DNA of 64,000 bases, taken from NCBI GenBank assembly GCA_000092065.1, contig CP000600.1. One strand, given 5' to 3'. A model generated the notes under the pieces. The model did not search any database and was not told the origin of the DNA. It saw only the letters and a program-made list of their open reading frames with translations. The position numbers and the translations under genes are program-made. This DNA is from Ostreococcus lucimarinus (taxonomy: Eukaryota). Positions 50,747 to 60,269 of the stretch are shown here, piece by piece (the first letter of the stretch is position 1; every line of letters begins with the position of its first letter).

Positions 50747-51199
50747 CCGTCGTCAGTCGTCTTCCCGCGTCGTCCTCGCGCGTCGTCCTCCTCCGTCCCG
50801 CGCCTCGCGTCCCGCTCGATCCCCCACTCTTCTCTTCTCACGCACCGTCACGTTCGCGTGCGTCGCGCGAATCTTCGCGTATTCATCCGCGTTGCTCGTC
50901 GCGCCTCCTGCGCCCTGCGGCACGGCCTGCGTCGCGTTCGTCGCGCGCGTCGCGTCGTCGTCAGTCTTCTCGCTCGAGACGTCATCGTTCGCGCGTCGCG
51001 TTCGTCGCGCGCGTCGGTCGTCGCTCGGTCGCTCGCGCACCGCGAATTGACGCGCGACGGACGTGGAGACGGACGCGCGTCGCGCGCATCGTCGCGCGAT
51101 CGTTCGGGCGGCGGCGTGCATCGCGCGCGCGGGTGTGCGGCGCGTCGCGCAGGCCCCCTCGGCGACGTTGGTGGGCGTTTCTATGGACAAACAGTGAGG

Positions 51200-52345
51200 A
51201 TGTATGTGAATTCGGACATTCGGCACCCGTCGGACGTTATCCGTCGCGCCGCGACGCCGACGCGAGTCGACGACGCCGCGCCTCCGGCGCGCGCGACGGA
51301 TCGAGCGAACGACGCCGCGATGACCGCGATGACGCGCGTCGCGACGCCGACGCGCGTCGCGACGCCGGCGCGCGACGCGACGAAACGAACGACGCGATGC
51401 CGATGGCTGACGCGACCGCGCGACGACGACGCGCGACGACGCGTCGCGACGAACGCGGGGAACGGACGGTTCATCGTGGGAGGAAATTGGAAGTGTAACG
51501 GCACGCGCGCGTCGGTGAAGACGCTGATCGAGGAGCTGAACGCGGGAGAGCTGAGGGACGTGGACGTCGTCGTGGCGCCGCCGTTTTTGTTCTTGGACGA
51601 GGCGACGGAGACGTTGAAGGCGCCGTACGAGGTCGCGGCGCAGAATTGCTGGGTCGAGCCGGGTTTGGTGGATCCGACGCATCATTACGATAGCGATACG
51701 GGGGCGTTCACGGGGGAGGTGAGCGCGGAGATGTTGGAGGATTTACGAATTCCTTGGGTGATTCTCGGGCACAGCGAACGGAGAAATCTCTTCAACGAAT
51801 CGAACGAGTTCGTGGGGAAGAAGGTGGCGCACGCGCGGTTTCACGGCTTGTCCGTGATCGTGTGCGTCGGAGAAACGCTGGAGGAGCGAGAGAGCGGAAA
51901 GACGATGGATGTGATTTTCGCTCAGCTCAAAGCCGTGGCGACGGAGATCGACGACAAGGAGCACTCCAGCTGGGGATCGCAAGTCGTCATCGCGTACGAG
52001 CCGATTTGGGCGATCGGGACTGGCAAGGTGGCCACGCCCGAGCAAGTTCAAGACGTGCACGCGAAGATTCGTCAGTGGCTGGCGGATAACGTCAGCGAAG
52101 AGGTGGCCAAGGCGACGCGCATTCAGTACGGGGGGTCGGTCAACGCCGGCAACTGCTCCGAATTGGCTCGTCTGAGCGATATCGACGGGTTCTTGGTCGG
52201 CGGCGCGTCGCTCAAGGGTGACGATTTCGTGAAGATTTGCAACACGAGCGCGGTGCACTACAAGGCAATCGGACGCAAGCCCAGATCTGGCTCGGTCGTG
52301 ACGTACTCGTTCGACGAAGACGGCGAGCTCCTCGAGACGAAGTAA
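51200..52345 (+). CDS. TPI: Triosephosphate isomerase with an N-terminal transit-like extension, a ~11-aa loop insertion and a ~30-aa C-terminal extension.
   Basis: [11 protein letters not shown] (Lys), HSERR (His), [11 protein letters not shown] (Glu), [18 protein letters not shown]. There is an insertion [18 protein letters not shown] before AFTGEVS. Only the last ~1150 nt of track ORF 49283..52345 are real; the rest is the antisense shadow of SHMT. Alternative start MTAMTR at ~51320. Confidence 0.9.
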   Translation: MYVNSDIRHPSDVIRRAATPTRVDDAAPPARATDRANDAAMTAMTRVATPTRVATPARDATKRTTRCRWLTRPRDDDARRRVATNAGNGRFIVGGNWKCNGTRASVKTLIEELNAGELRDVDVVVAPPFLFLDEATETLKAPYEVAAQNCWVEPGLVDPTHHYDSDTGAFTGEVSAEMLEDLRIPWVILGHSERRNLFNESNEFVGKKVAHARFHGLSVIVCVGETLEERESGKTMDVIFAQLKAVATEIDDKEHSSWGSQVVIAYEPIWAIGTGKVATPEQVQDVHAKIRQWLADNVSEEVAKATRIQYGGSVNAGNCSELARLSDIDGFLVGGASLKGDDFVKICNTSAVHYKAIGRKPRSGSVVTYSFDEDGELLETK

Positions 52346-52412
52346 TAATTCGGCGGCGCGACGCGGTGTGATGTAACGCAATATCTCGTACGTTTACCGC
52401 TAATCTACGAAA

Positions 52413-54644
52413 CTATCCTATTCTAGCTAGGCACTCCGCTCGAAGCGGAGTTTCACTAAACAGCGCACCGATGAAACCGCGAACTTCGCTCGCGGTAAAA
52501 CCGACTTTCTGCAACGATCCGCGCTCCCAGCTCGTCGCGATGTCGCGAAGAGGCGCGCTGAGCATGACGCCGAGCTCTCGAACTTTTTGCCATTCCGGGC
52601 CGACGGCTCGTAAGAGCGCGCGAATCGCGTCTTCGTCGCCCTTCTTGCCCACTAACCCTTCGCTCGCGAACGCGACGCCGATAATCTCCGTCAAAGCTTC
52701 TGATTCCTCCACCGAGATGTCCTCCATGGAGAGGATTTCGAGCGTCACGCGTCTCGCGTAGTGCAGCGCCAACTCGGCCGCGTCTTGCGTTCCGATGGGA
52801 TCGGGCAAGACATACATGCTCGTCGTACCCACGCGGTGGATCACGTGTCGCGCGCGCGCGATGGATTTGACGATGTCTTCTTTCACCTGAACTTCCGCCG
52901 AGCGCAAAAACCCAGACGCGACGTCGAGCGCGGCGTGCAATTCGCGCAGCGCTCGATTATTGGCCTCCGCACGAGTAGCGTCACCTAACGCTCTCAAAGG
53001 CTCGACGGGCCAAATGAGCGCAGGCGTACGACCGATCTGTCGCTCTAACGCCACGCCGCGCGCGAACACGCTCGCGCTGAAGCGATTCGCCAGATGGTGA
53101 CAATCGTTGTAAAACACGAGCGAAGCGGCGTGAATTGTCTTCAATTGTTCTCCCCGCGCGGCGATGACGCAGGCGCGAAACAAATCTAGACAATCCGCGG
53201 CGGCGGCGGCTAAGCTCGCTGACGCCCGGTGGGCGTGCGGATCGAGCTCGGTCGCCGATTGAAGCACGTCGTCGACGTGCGCCGCGAGTAAATCCGTCGC
53301 CTTGCTCACGGTGCGGGGCGCGCCGTCGAGAAGATTGTTTGCGCCTTTCGACGTCTCAGTTTCCTCGCCCGTCCCGCGGCCTACGCCACGCGTTTTCGCA
53401 TCGCCCAAAGTTCGAACGATGGTCTGATCGTCACTCAACGCGAGCTCGCGCGCCCGCGCGAGCACCGCGGCGCGGCGCGTCTCCGCCTCGCGCATCTCCG
53501 TCGCGAGCGCCTCGGCTTCGAGCGGGCCCAAAGCGCCGCCCGCGTACGACGCCGCGCCGTCCGACGGCGGAGGCACGAATCCGCAATTCGAAGCCACGAC
53601 TTCGACCGCGCACGTTCGATCGATCGCGCGCTCGCTCGGTCGCGCGCTCAACCAAGCGTTCACGCACGTCTTCGCGATGTCTCCCCACGCCTCGACGCCG
53701 ACGGCTTTCGCGACGTCTTCGCTCGGCAACTTACTTCTGATCCACCTCAACGCCGTCTCGAGCGAGGCTTGCGCGCTGTCGTCGTCCACGCTTTTCGTCG
53801 TCGCGGTTTCGTACCGCAGCGAATCGCCGCCGTCTTCTTCGACGACTTTGACGACGCTCTTCGCCCCCGCGCGAATCATCGGCGCTAAAAACTCATCCAC
53901 CAGCGCCCTGGCCACGATGGACGTCCTCAGACGCGTCTCATCCGCGCTAATCTCCGCCAAACGCTCGCACGCGCGTCTCAACCGCGCGGCGTCGATGGAA
54001 ACCCGCGACGACCCCTCGAAGACGACGCTCGCGCTCACCTCTTCGTCCACGACGCGTCGAACGCGCTCGACGACGCGCTCGCACGTCGCTCGCGCCTCGT
54101 CGTCCACGCCCCGATCGTCGTCGCTCTCCGCGTCTTCCTCCTCCGCCTCGCCGCGCAGGATCACGTTCGCCGCGCTCGCCGCCCTCGCCGCTTCGCCGAG
54201 ATTCATCGTCCCGAGCGCGTCCTCCGCGTCCCGCTCCCGCGCCTTCGCGCTCGCCCTCTCCCGCGCCGTCCTCCGCGCCCGCGCCGCGTCTTCCCGCGCC
54301 GCCGCCGCCTCTTCCCACGCCCTCGCGCTTCTCGCGCACGCCTCGATCGCGTCGATCGCCGCCTCGCTCGCCCCGCTCGCGCGCGCGTCCCGCGCGAGCG
54401 CCTCCGCGTCGCGCCGCGCGTCTCCCGCCGCGTCCTCGGCGCGTCGTCCTCGCCGCGTCTCGCGCGCGCGCGCCGCGATCGCCAGCAGCGCGCGTCCGCG
54501 TCGCGCGTTCGCCGCGTCGCTCGCGTCGCGCGCGACCGCGTCGCACGCGCGCGCGACGTCGACGAGCGCGACGCGCGCGCCGTCGTCGCCGCGCGATTCC
54601 GCGAGCGCCGTCGCGGCGTCGTCGACGGTCGTCCAGCGCGGCAT
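52413..54644 (-). CDS. ZW10: ZW10-like protein (RZZ/NRZ tethering-complex subunit homologue).
   Basis: C-terminal EWQKVRELGVMLSAPLRDIATSWERGSLQKVGFTASEVRGFIGALFSETPLRAECLARI parallels the ZW10 C-terminus ([60 protein letters not shown]). The helical body is non-repetitive. I chose the start MPRWTTVDD; the ORF extends to 54800. Confidence 0.6.
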   Translation of the reverse strand: MPRWTTVDDAATALAESRGDDGARVALVDVARACDAVARDASDAANARRGRALLAIAARARETRRGRRAEDAAGDARRDAEALARDARASGASEAAIDAIEACARSARAWEEAAAAREDAARARRTARERASAKARERDAEDALGTMNLGEAARAASAANVILRGEAEEEDAESDDDRGVDDEARATCERVVERVRRVVDEEVSASVVFEGSSRVSIDAARLRRACERLAEISADETRLRTSIVARALVDEFLAPMIRAGAKSVVKVVEEDGGDSLRYETATTKSVDDDSAQASLETALRWIRSKLPSEDVAKAVGVEAWGDIAKTCVNAWLSARPSERAIDRTCAVEVVASNCGFVPPPSDGAASYAGGALGPLEAEALATEMREAETRRAAVLARARELALSDDQTIVRTLGDAKTRGVGRGTGEETETSKGANNLLDGAPRTVSKATDLLAAHVDDVLQSATELDPHAHRASASLAAAAADCLDLFRACVIAARGEQLKTIHAASLVFYNDCHHLANRFSASVFARGVALERQIGRTPALIWPVEPLRALGDATRAEANNRALRELHAALDVASGFLRSAEVQVKEDIVKSIARARHVIHRVGTTSMYVLPDPIGTQDAAELALHYARRVTLEILSMEDISVEESEALTEIIGVAFASEGLVGKKGDEDAIRALLRAVGPEWQKVRELGVMLSAPLRDIATSWERGSLQKVGFTASEVRGFIGALFSETPLRAECLARIG

Positions 54645-54891
54645 GTCGGACCCGGACGTCGACGCGATTCGCGCGACGTCGCGGCGATCGCGCGCGACGC
54701 CGCGCGTCGCGAAGCGTCGACGAGCGCCGTCGCGCGAATCGACGGCGAATGCGCGTGGTGGGTATTCACGGACAATCGGGTATGCAGTCCAGTTATACAC
54801 ATAATATATATTTATGACACACTCGACCGCGATGTACCGACGTTATGTATACGAAAAAGGCACGGCGACGACGCGCGCCGCGAGTCCGTGA

Positions 54892-55542
54892 TTATACGTC
54901 GACTTTTGCGGGCGCCTGTTGGACGTAGATGACTTGCGGCTGCTGCGGCCGCGTCGCCACGGCGGTGGCGATGAGCTGGTCGCGTCGGTACGCGAAGCAC
55001 CCGCACCGCCCACAGTAGCAGCACGAGACGATGAGCAACGTCAGGCCGACGACGGTACCAATGATGATGCCCGCGATCGCGCCACCGTCTGGTTTACAGC
55101 AGTCGTCACCGCAGCATACGTTTTGGCCGCCCGTGTACATACTGCACCATTTACCGCCTTTTTTGTGGAGTGGTGGGCACCCGTGGGCGCCGTCCCAGCA
55201 TTTGGCTCCATTGGCAACTTCCGTGGCGATTTCTGTTCCACACGAGGTGTAACTGGAAATTGTGTCCGTACACTTGGACGGGCACGATTGGTCGATCGAG
55301 TTGCCATACGGTGGCGGTCCCGCGCTGCACCCGAAACAGTCTGAGCACACACTGACCGTCACGCCGTTGTAGGTCCCGGTGTTGTAACAGAACTCTTCGC
55401 TCGATGCCCAGGGGTTCGCGCTCGCGTAGCCGCTCGAAACAACGCAGTCGGTGTGGGTTGAACACGTGTCGCCCGCGTCCGCGCGCGCGGTGTGCGCGAC
55501 GGCGAGGCCGAAAACGAACGGTACGAGGAGGTTCTTAAACAT
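54892..55542 (-). CDS. Type-I membrane protein with signal peptide, Cys-rich ectodomain (~20 Cys), one TM helix and a short cytoplasmic tail. Family not recognised.
   Basis: MFKNLLVPFVFGLAVAHTARA signal. CSTHTDC...CSDCFGC...CCGDDCCKPDG. TM AIAGIIIGTVVGLTLLIVSCCYC. Tail ...YRRDQLIATAV... Confidence 0.5.
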   Translation of the reverse strand: MFKNLLVPFVFGLAVAHTARADAGDTCSTHTDCVVSSGYASANPWASSEEFCYNTGTYNGVTVSVCSDCFGCSAGPPPYGNSIDQSCPSKCTDTISSYTSCGTEIATEVANGAKCWDGAHGCPPLHKKGGKWCSMYTGGQNVCCGDDCCKPDGGAIAGIIIGTVVGLTLLIVSCCYCGRCGCFAYRRDQLIATAVATRPQQPQVIYVQQAPAKVDV

Positions 55543-55823
55543 CTTTGGCGTGGGTTTATCTCGCAAAAGGATTTCAGCGAGGCTTGAGGTGCGCCGCAAA
55601 GTGAGGCCCGGAGATCCGGGGATCCTCCGCAGCCCCGCGGGCGTGTGTGTGCCTGGCGTGTGCCCTTCGCGGTCGGTCGGACGAGGGGCCCGTTGGCGCC
55701 CCGCGGGTTTGTGTGCCAGCCCCAGGGTTTAGGGGTTAGGATCGGACATATGGAAACTCACTAATTAGCCGCATGACCTCATACATTAAGTTATTTATAT
55801 CTAGTCATCGCGCGAAATGGCGT

Positions 55824-55851
55824 GGGTAAATTACCGTACAGTAATTTACCC
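55824..55851. repeat. Perfect inverted repeat (11-bp arms GGGTAAATTAC / GTAATTTACCC, 6-bp spacer CGTACA) inside a ~40% GC island, ~280 bp upstream of the 54892..55542 gene.
   Basis: The sequence reads gggtaaattac cgtaca gtaatttaccc. Confidence 0.8.
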
Positions 55852-56092
55852 CCGGAACCGCTTGCGACTTGCGACAGATGGTGTATTGTATGCGATTGTA
55901 TTACAATATATTTTTATATATTTGGATATGCTTTAATAGATATTAAATATCATACGACATACGTGAATGATAAAAAGTTGCTTCACGGATGCGTGCCATG
56001 TGAAGGCTGGACCTCCAGTCCGAGGTGGATGACCATGAATCATGAACCGTGAACAGTAGAGTCGCACCTTTTCTCTACACACGATTCGTCTC

Positions 56093-56740
56093 TCATTCAT
56101 TGTAAGGAGTAGGCAAAGCTTCGCGCCTCATATAGCAGGAGGACATCCAGTCTGCGGGCGGTGACCAGGCTAATGCCTCCTTAGCATGTCGCCTGACTCC
56201 TGGCGCTATGTGTGTTGTCAATTCGTTCAAATCACTAGTACATTTCGGTGTGTCGAACTCATCACGCGTGTCACTTTTTTTTTCCACCAACACGCAGAAG
56301 GCACATACAGGGTTTAGTGGATCTACTCTGTCTGAGACGACTCTGCATTGGAGACCCACATTGAAGAGCTTATCCTCGTTTAATTTCTTGCACACTTTGT
56401 TGAATGCCTCGACCATTTGTGGCGGCGGCCACCTGACGTCCTCGACGCCGGCGCCACAGCATATAGGAAGCCTGGGCCACCCCCCCATGGCCTTCAGTGC
56501 GCCGTTCAAGATATCCACAATCTCGGTCGCCAGCGGTGAGTTTTTCGACCAATCTGAGTCACGGGGACGCGCGGGGGCGGTCGTGGTGCCGTGGTGTACG
56601 TTCCACACGGGGTCTCCCGTCAGCAGGGGACTGTTGAACCATTGGCGCGCGCGATCGCCCTTCCATGAAGTGACGTCACAGCGAAGAACCGCGAGCAGGT
56701 CGGCGTGATAGTACGTTGGGGTGCTCTGCGCACAACCCAT
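56093..56740 (-). CDS. Hypothetical N-myristoylation/palmitoylation-motif protein (MGCAQS...), 215 aa. Family not recognised.
   Basis: N-terminal MGCAQST fits the MGxxxS/T myristoylation consensus with an adjacent Cys. Non-repetitive lower-GC ORF. A TGTAA motif follows the stop (cattgtaagg). Confidence 0.5.
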   Translation of the reverse strand: MGCAQSTPTYYHADLLAVLRCDVTSWKGDRARQWFNSPLLTGDPVWNVHHGTTTAPARPRDSDWSKNSPLATEIVDILNGALKAMGGWPRLPICCGAGVEDVRWPPPQMVEAFNKVCKKLNEDKLFNVGLQCRVVSDRVDPLNPVCAFCVLVEKKSDTRDEFDTPKCTSDLNELTTHIAPGVRRHAKEALAWSPPADWMSSCYMRREALPTPYNE

Positions 56741-57227
56741 GGCGCGCGTCGTCGTGACGTGCGATCGAGATCGAGACCCCGGCCCGTTCGCGCGGCGATG
56801 GATCCGGCGGGACGTGATATTTTTACCGTAGGGGTCATGACTCGTCGTTCGGAGTACGCTGTGCTATTTACGCACGATCGATCGATCGACGCGCGTGGTA
56901 ATACTAATACGCGTACGTTAAATACGAGTCACCGCGCGTCGCACGCCTAAAGAAAGACCCGCGCCGAATCCGATTCGACGCGCGCGGCGACGACGCGTCG
57001 CCACGTCAGCGCCGCGCGACGCGTCGCCACACCGCGACGATTCGCGCGTCGCGCGCGCCGTGTCTTCGCGACATAACGCGTCGCGCGTCGAAGAACGTCG
57101 ACACGACGCGTCGATCGACGCGCGGCGCGCGCGGCGCGACGCGACGATCGCGTGCGGAGGCGCGGCGAGCGGATAACGCGACGACGGGGACGCGCGAAAA
57201 AGCGACGCAAAAAGCGACGCGCGAGCG

Positions 57228-57674
57228 ATGGAGGCGCGAATGCGCGCGACGCGCGCGCGAACGGACGACGCGCGGAGCGATGGGGTGGCGAGGAACGATT
57301 CGTACTACGCGAGCGCGTATAACGCGCCGCGGGCGAGCGAGGGAGGTTCGGACGCGCGACGGGGCGACGCGCGCGCGAGGTGGGGTTTGCGCGGCTTCGT
57401 GCCGCCGGCGCACTTGCGCGTGGATGGGTACGCGTACGAGGGGGCGGAGGACAGCGCGAGCGGGAGCGCGAGGAGGAAGATGTTCGTGGCGCCGAGGACG
57501 ATCGAGGAGCACGAGGTGATGTTCGTGAACGACGGGATGGGCGGGGACGCGGACGAGCGCGAGCACGGCGTCGCGGTGACGCGCGAGGACGCGCTCGCGC
57601 GGCGCGTGACGGGGAACATGAGCAGTCGGCCGAGTTGGACGGCGATGCACGCGTGCGGGGACATCGCGGTGTGA
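57228..57674 (+). CDS. Possible small hypothetical protein (148 aa).
   Basis: ATG-initiated and non-repetitive, with nearly all codons ending in G/C. It is followed by a GC palindrome and a T-rich/TGTAA tract. No homology recognised. Confidence 0.3.
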   Translation: MEARMRATRARTDDARSDGVARNDSYYASAYNAPRASEGGSDARRGDARARWGLRGFVPPAHLRVDGYAYEGAEDSASGSARRKMFVAPRTIEEHEVMFVNDGMGGDADEREHGVAVTREDALARRVTGNMSSRPSWTAMHACGDIAV

Positions 57675-57737
57675 GCGCGCGATGCGTTCGAGCGGCGAGA
57701 GTGCGTATTTAGTGAGCTTTTTTGGCTTCATTCTTTG

Positions 57738-57775
57738 CCCCCGAGGGCGCCGAGGCGTCGACGCGCCCTCGGGGC
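57738..57775. repeat. GC-rich palindrome (>=10-bp arms cccgagggcgc / gcgccctcggg around a gtcgac-containing core), followed by a T-rich tract with TGTAA, between convergent genes.
   Basis: The sequence reads gcccccgagggcgc cgaggcgtcgac gcgccctcggggcgccc ttttattattcatctgtaaaatgtac. Confidence 0.7.
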
Positions 57776-57869
57776 GCCCTTTTATTATTCATCTGTAAAA
57801 TGTACACCGACGATTTTCGAGATTTTCGCGTCCCATCGCGTCGAACGAGGGCGAAAACAATAAAATAAT

Positions 57870-58814
57870 TTATTCCCACACCACGGTGAGCTGTCCGCAC
57901 CGCGGTGGGTCCGGCACGGCGTCTCTCGCCGCCGCGGCGAATTTCTTTTGCATCGCCGCGAGCGCGTCGCCGGCGCGAACGATCGCGCCGCCTGATTTCT
58001 TTCCCTTGTTCGCCGTCGCGCCGTCGCCGCCGAATAACACGCGTTCTGTGGCCATGTACGCCTGAAACTCGTTCACCACGACCTCGCGCACGGACACGTC
58101 GTAACGAAGCTCGCGAAGAAAGTCGACCCAAATCGCGCGCTCCTCGTCCCCGAGCGCGTCGCCGCGATAAAATTCGTAGCACCAACTCGCATAATTTTCC
58201 CTGGCGTACCACAGCCCGTGCATGGCTTCGTGTAAAAGCGCATCCTGGACCTCGCGCGCGTCTCCGCTCGCGCACACGGCGATGACGCACGTCTCCGGAA
58301 CGACGCTCTCCTCGTCGTCGTCTTCGCCGTCGTATTCGCACCACCCTCCGCGCCCCATCGCGCTTTCGCTCACCTCCACCGCGCCATCCTCATTCCTCCG
58401 AAGCGCTCCGCACCGCACCAGCGCCTCGACGACCGCTTCTTCGTCCTCCCAGCACCCGCCCTCGCGCCGCGCCGCCGCGTAAAACGCGCACACCTCCCGC
58501 GCGCGCGCGTTGTGTCCGCTGTAATTCGCCACCCCGCCCCTCGCGCCGCTCGGCAGCGCGTCCGCGATTTTCCCGCGCCACTCCGGGTCCTCGATGAACA
58601 TCGAAAGTCGTCCCAGCGCCCGTCGCTGCGTCGCGGCGTCGCGAAACGTCAGCAAGAGCACTTTTTCATTCTCCAACCACCGCGCGACGCGCACGGCGTC
58701 TCGCGACGCGCTCGCGCGCGCGTGCGACGCGTGACGCGCGCGCGAGGGCGTCAACGACGCGACGTAGGCGTCGAGATCGATCTCGGGCGCGTCGACGCCT
58801 CGAAACCGTCCCAT
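57870..58814 (-). CDS. Hypothetical protein containing an HExxH motif (LLHEAMHGL), a possible zinc metallopeptidase-like fold. Family not assigned.
   Basis: 314-aa non-repetitive ORF. The HEAMH motif is followed by aromatic/Cys residues (WYARENYASWCYEF) and there is an upstream Glu-rich region. Confidence 0.45.
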   Translation of the reverse strand: MGRFRGVDAPEIDLDAYVASLTPSRARHASHARASASRDAVRVARWLENEKVLLLTFRDAATQRRALGRLSMFIEDPEWRGKIADALPSGARGGVANYSGHNARAREVCAFYAAARREGGCWEDEEAVVEALVRCGALRRNEDGAVEVSESAMGRGGWCEYDGEDDDEESVVPETCVIAVCASGDAREVQDALLHEAMHGLWYARENYASWCYEFYRGDALGDEERAIWVDFLRELRYDVSVREVVVNEFQAYMATERVLFGGDGATANKGKKSGGAIVRAGDALAAMQKKFAAAARDAVPDPPRCGQLTVVWE

Positions 58815-59336
58815 GGGCGCGGGCGAACCGTCACTTTGTGCCGCAATTTCCTCGCCGCGTCTCGTCGACGCGCGCGCCTCTTCCGTCCCGTCGACGGGCC
58901 GCGTGAGAACTTAAACATGTCTGCCGCGTCGTGCGCGACGCGCGCGCGCGCGAGCGCGCGCGGGGACGGCGCGCGGGGGGCGCGAAGATTCGCGACGCGT
59001 TCCAGGGTATGTTTTTCGACGCGGCGACGCGGCGCCGAGGGCGCGCGCGCGGGATCGAGCGCGCGCGGCGAACGACGATGTCGTCGCGATGCGCCGCGCG
59101 CGCGGGTCGCGCGCGACGGTGGCGCGCGCGCGAACGCGCGGGCGTCGGACTAGGTTTTGAACGCGGCGCGGCGACGACGCGCCGAGGCGCGGGGAATACG
59201 ATTGGAGACGGCGCGCGATCGACGGAAAGCGCGAGACTGACGAGCGGGTTCGCGATCGCAGACTTCAACCGCGCATCGCGCGCGCGCGATCGCGCTGAGC
59301 GCGGAACAGGAGAGCGATAATCAAACGCGCGTCAAG

Positions 59337-60176
59337 GTGCTGTCGGAGGCGTTGCCGTATTTGCAACGCTTCGCGGGGCAAACCGTGGTGGTCAAGTACG
59401 GCGGCGCGGCGATGAAGTCCGAGGAACTGAAGGCGGCGGTGATTCGTGATGTGGTGTTGCTGTCGACGGTGGGCATTCGGCCGGTGCTCGTGCACGGGGG
59501 TGGGCCAGAGATTAACGCGATGCTGAACAGGGTCGGCGTCGAGGCGAAGTTCTTAAACGGGCTGCGAGTCACCGACGCGCAGACGATGGAAATCGTCGAG
59601 CAGGTGCTCACGGGTAAGGTGAACAAGTCCATCGTGAGCTTGATTTCGTGCGCAGGCGGGAAAGCTGTCGGGATCTGCGGCAAGGATGGGAATTTATTGC
59701 GCGGCGTGGTGAAGAGCGAGGAGTTGGGTTTCGTCGGCGACGTGACGCAGGTGGACACGCGGTTGATTCGTGAACTCGTGAATGTGGGGTACATTCCCGT
59801 CGTCGCCACTGTCGCCATGGATGCAGACGGTCAGGCGCTTAACGTGAACGCGGATACCGCGGCTGGTGCAATCGCGGCCAAGCTCGGGGCGGAGAAGCTC
59901 ATCTTGATGACGGACGTTCCGGGCGTGTGCACCGATAAGGATGATCCCAACACTTTGATTCGCGAGCTGACCATGAAGGAGACGGAAGAAGCCATCGCGA
60001 AGGGTGTGATTGCGGGAGGCATGATTCCCAAAGTCGAATGTTGCATGACCAGCATCACGAACGGCGTGAAGAGCGCGCACATCATCGACGGTCGCGCCAA
60101 GCACAGCCTACTCCTCGAAATTCTCACCGACACCGGCGTCGGCACCGTCATCACTTCCCCCGTCGTCGCCGTATAA
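59337..60176 (+). CDS. ARGB: N-acetylglutamate kinase (ArgB). This is the mature-domain exon; an upstream transit-peptide exon is expected.
   Basis: [26 protein letters not shown]...[14 protein letters not shown]...[10 protein letters not shown]...[29 protein letters not shown] is full-length amino-acid-kinase/NAGK. The frame opens at a GTG with an in-frame stop ~45 nt upstream and no ATG between, so a 5' exon is expected (a candidate ATG with aaacATGtc context lies at ~58917, encoding MSAASCATRARASARG...). Confidence 0.9.
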   Translation: MLSEALPYLQRFAGQTVVVKYGGAAMKSEELKAAVIRDVVLLSTVGIRPVLVHGGGPEINAMLNRVGVEAKFLNGLRVTDAQTMEIVEQVLTGKVNKSIVSLISCAGGKAVGICGKDGNLLRGVVKSEELGFVGDVTQVDTRLIRELVNVGYIPVVATVAMDADGQALNVNADTAAGAIAAKLGAEKLILMTDVPGVCTDKDDPNTLIRELTMKETEEAIAKGVIAGGMIPKVECCMTSITNGVKSAHIIDGRAKHSLLLEILTDTGVGTVITSPVVAV

Positions 60177-60269
60177 TATTTTGTAATGAAAATATTATCA
60201 CAATCACCTATACCGAACTAAGCTACAAGCTACGTGTCTAACATCGAGCGCGAGGCGACTCTGGCGTCT

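Noticed and set aside
49283-51199. N-terminal two-thirds of the 1020-aa plus-strand ORF 49283..52345.
   Set aside because: It is the antisense shadow of the SHMT gene (49316..50746, minus strand) plus Arg-rich low complexity. Only the 3' ~1.1 kb (TPI) has homology-supported coding sequence.
53677-54804. 375-aa plus-strand ORF and the 199-aa ORFs 53947..54546 and 54203..54802.
   Set aside because: Ser/Ala/Arg low-complexity shadows of the ZW10-like gene on the minus strand.
55725-55740. TTTAGGG telomere-like sequence.
   Set aside because: There is a single unit plus a partial unit, not a telomeric array. At most it is a telo-box-like promoter motif.
55822-56052. 76-aa Cys-containing ORF inside the AT-rich island (MGKLPYSNLPPEPLATCDRWCIVCDC...).
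   Set aside because: It opens at a GTG and has no in-frame ATG until the last 10 codons. It is probably a chance ORF, though its length in 40% GC DNA is somewhat surprising (noted under the island finding).
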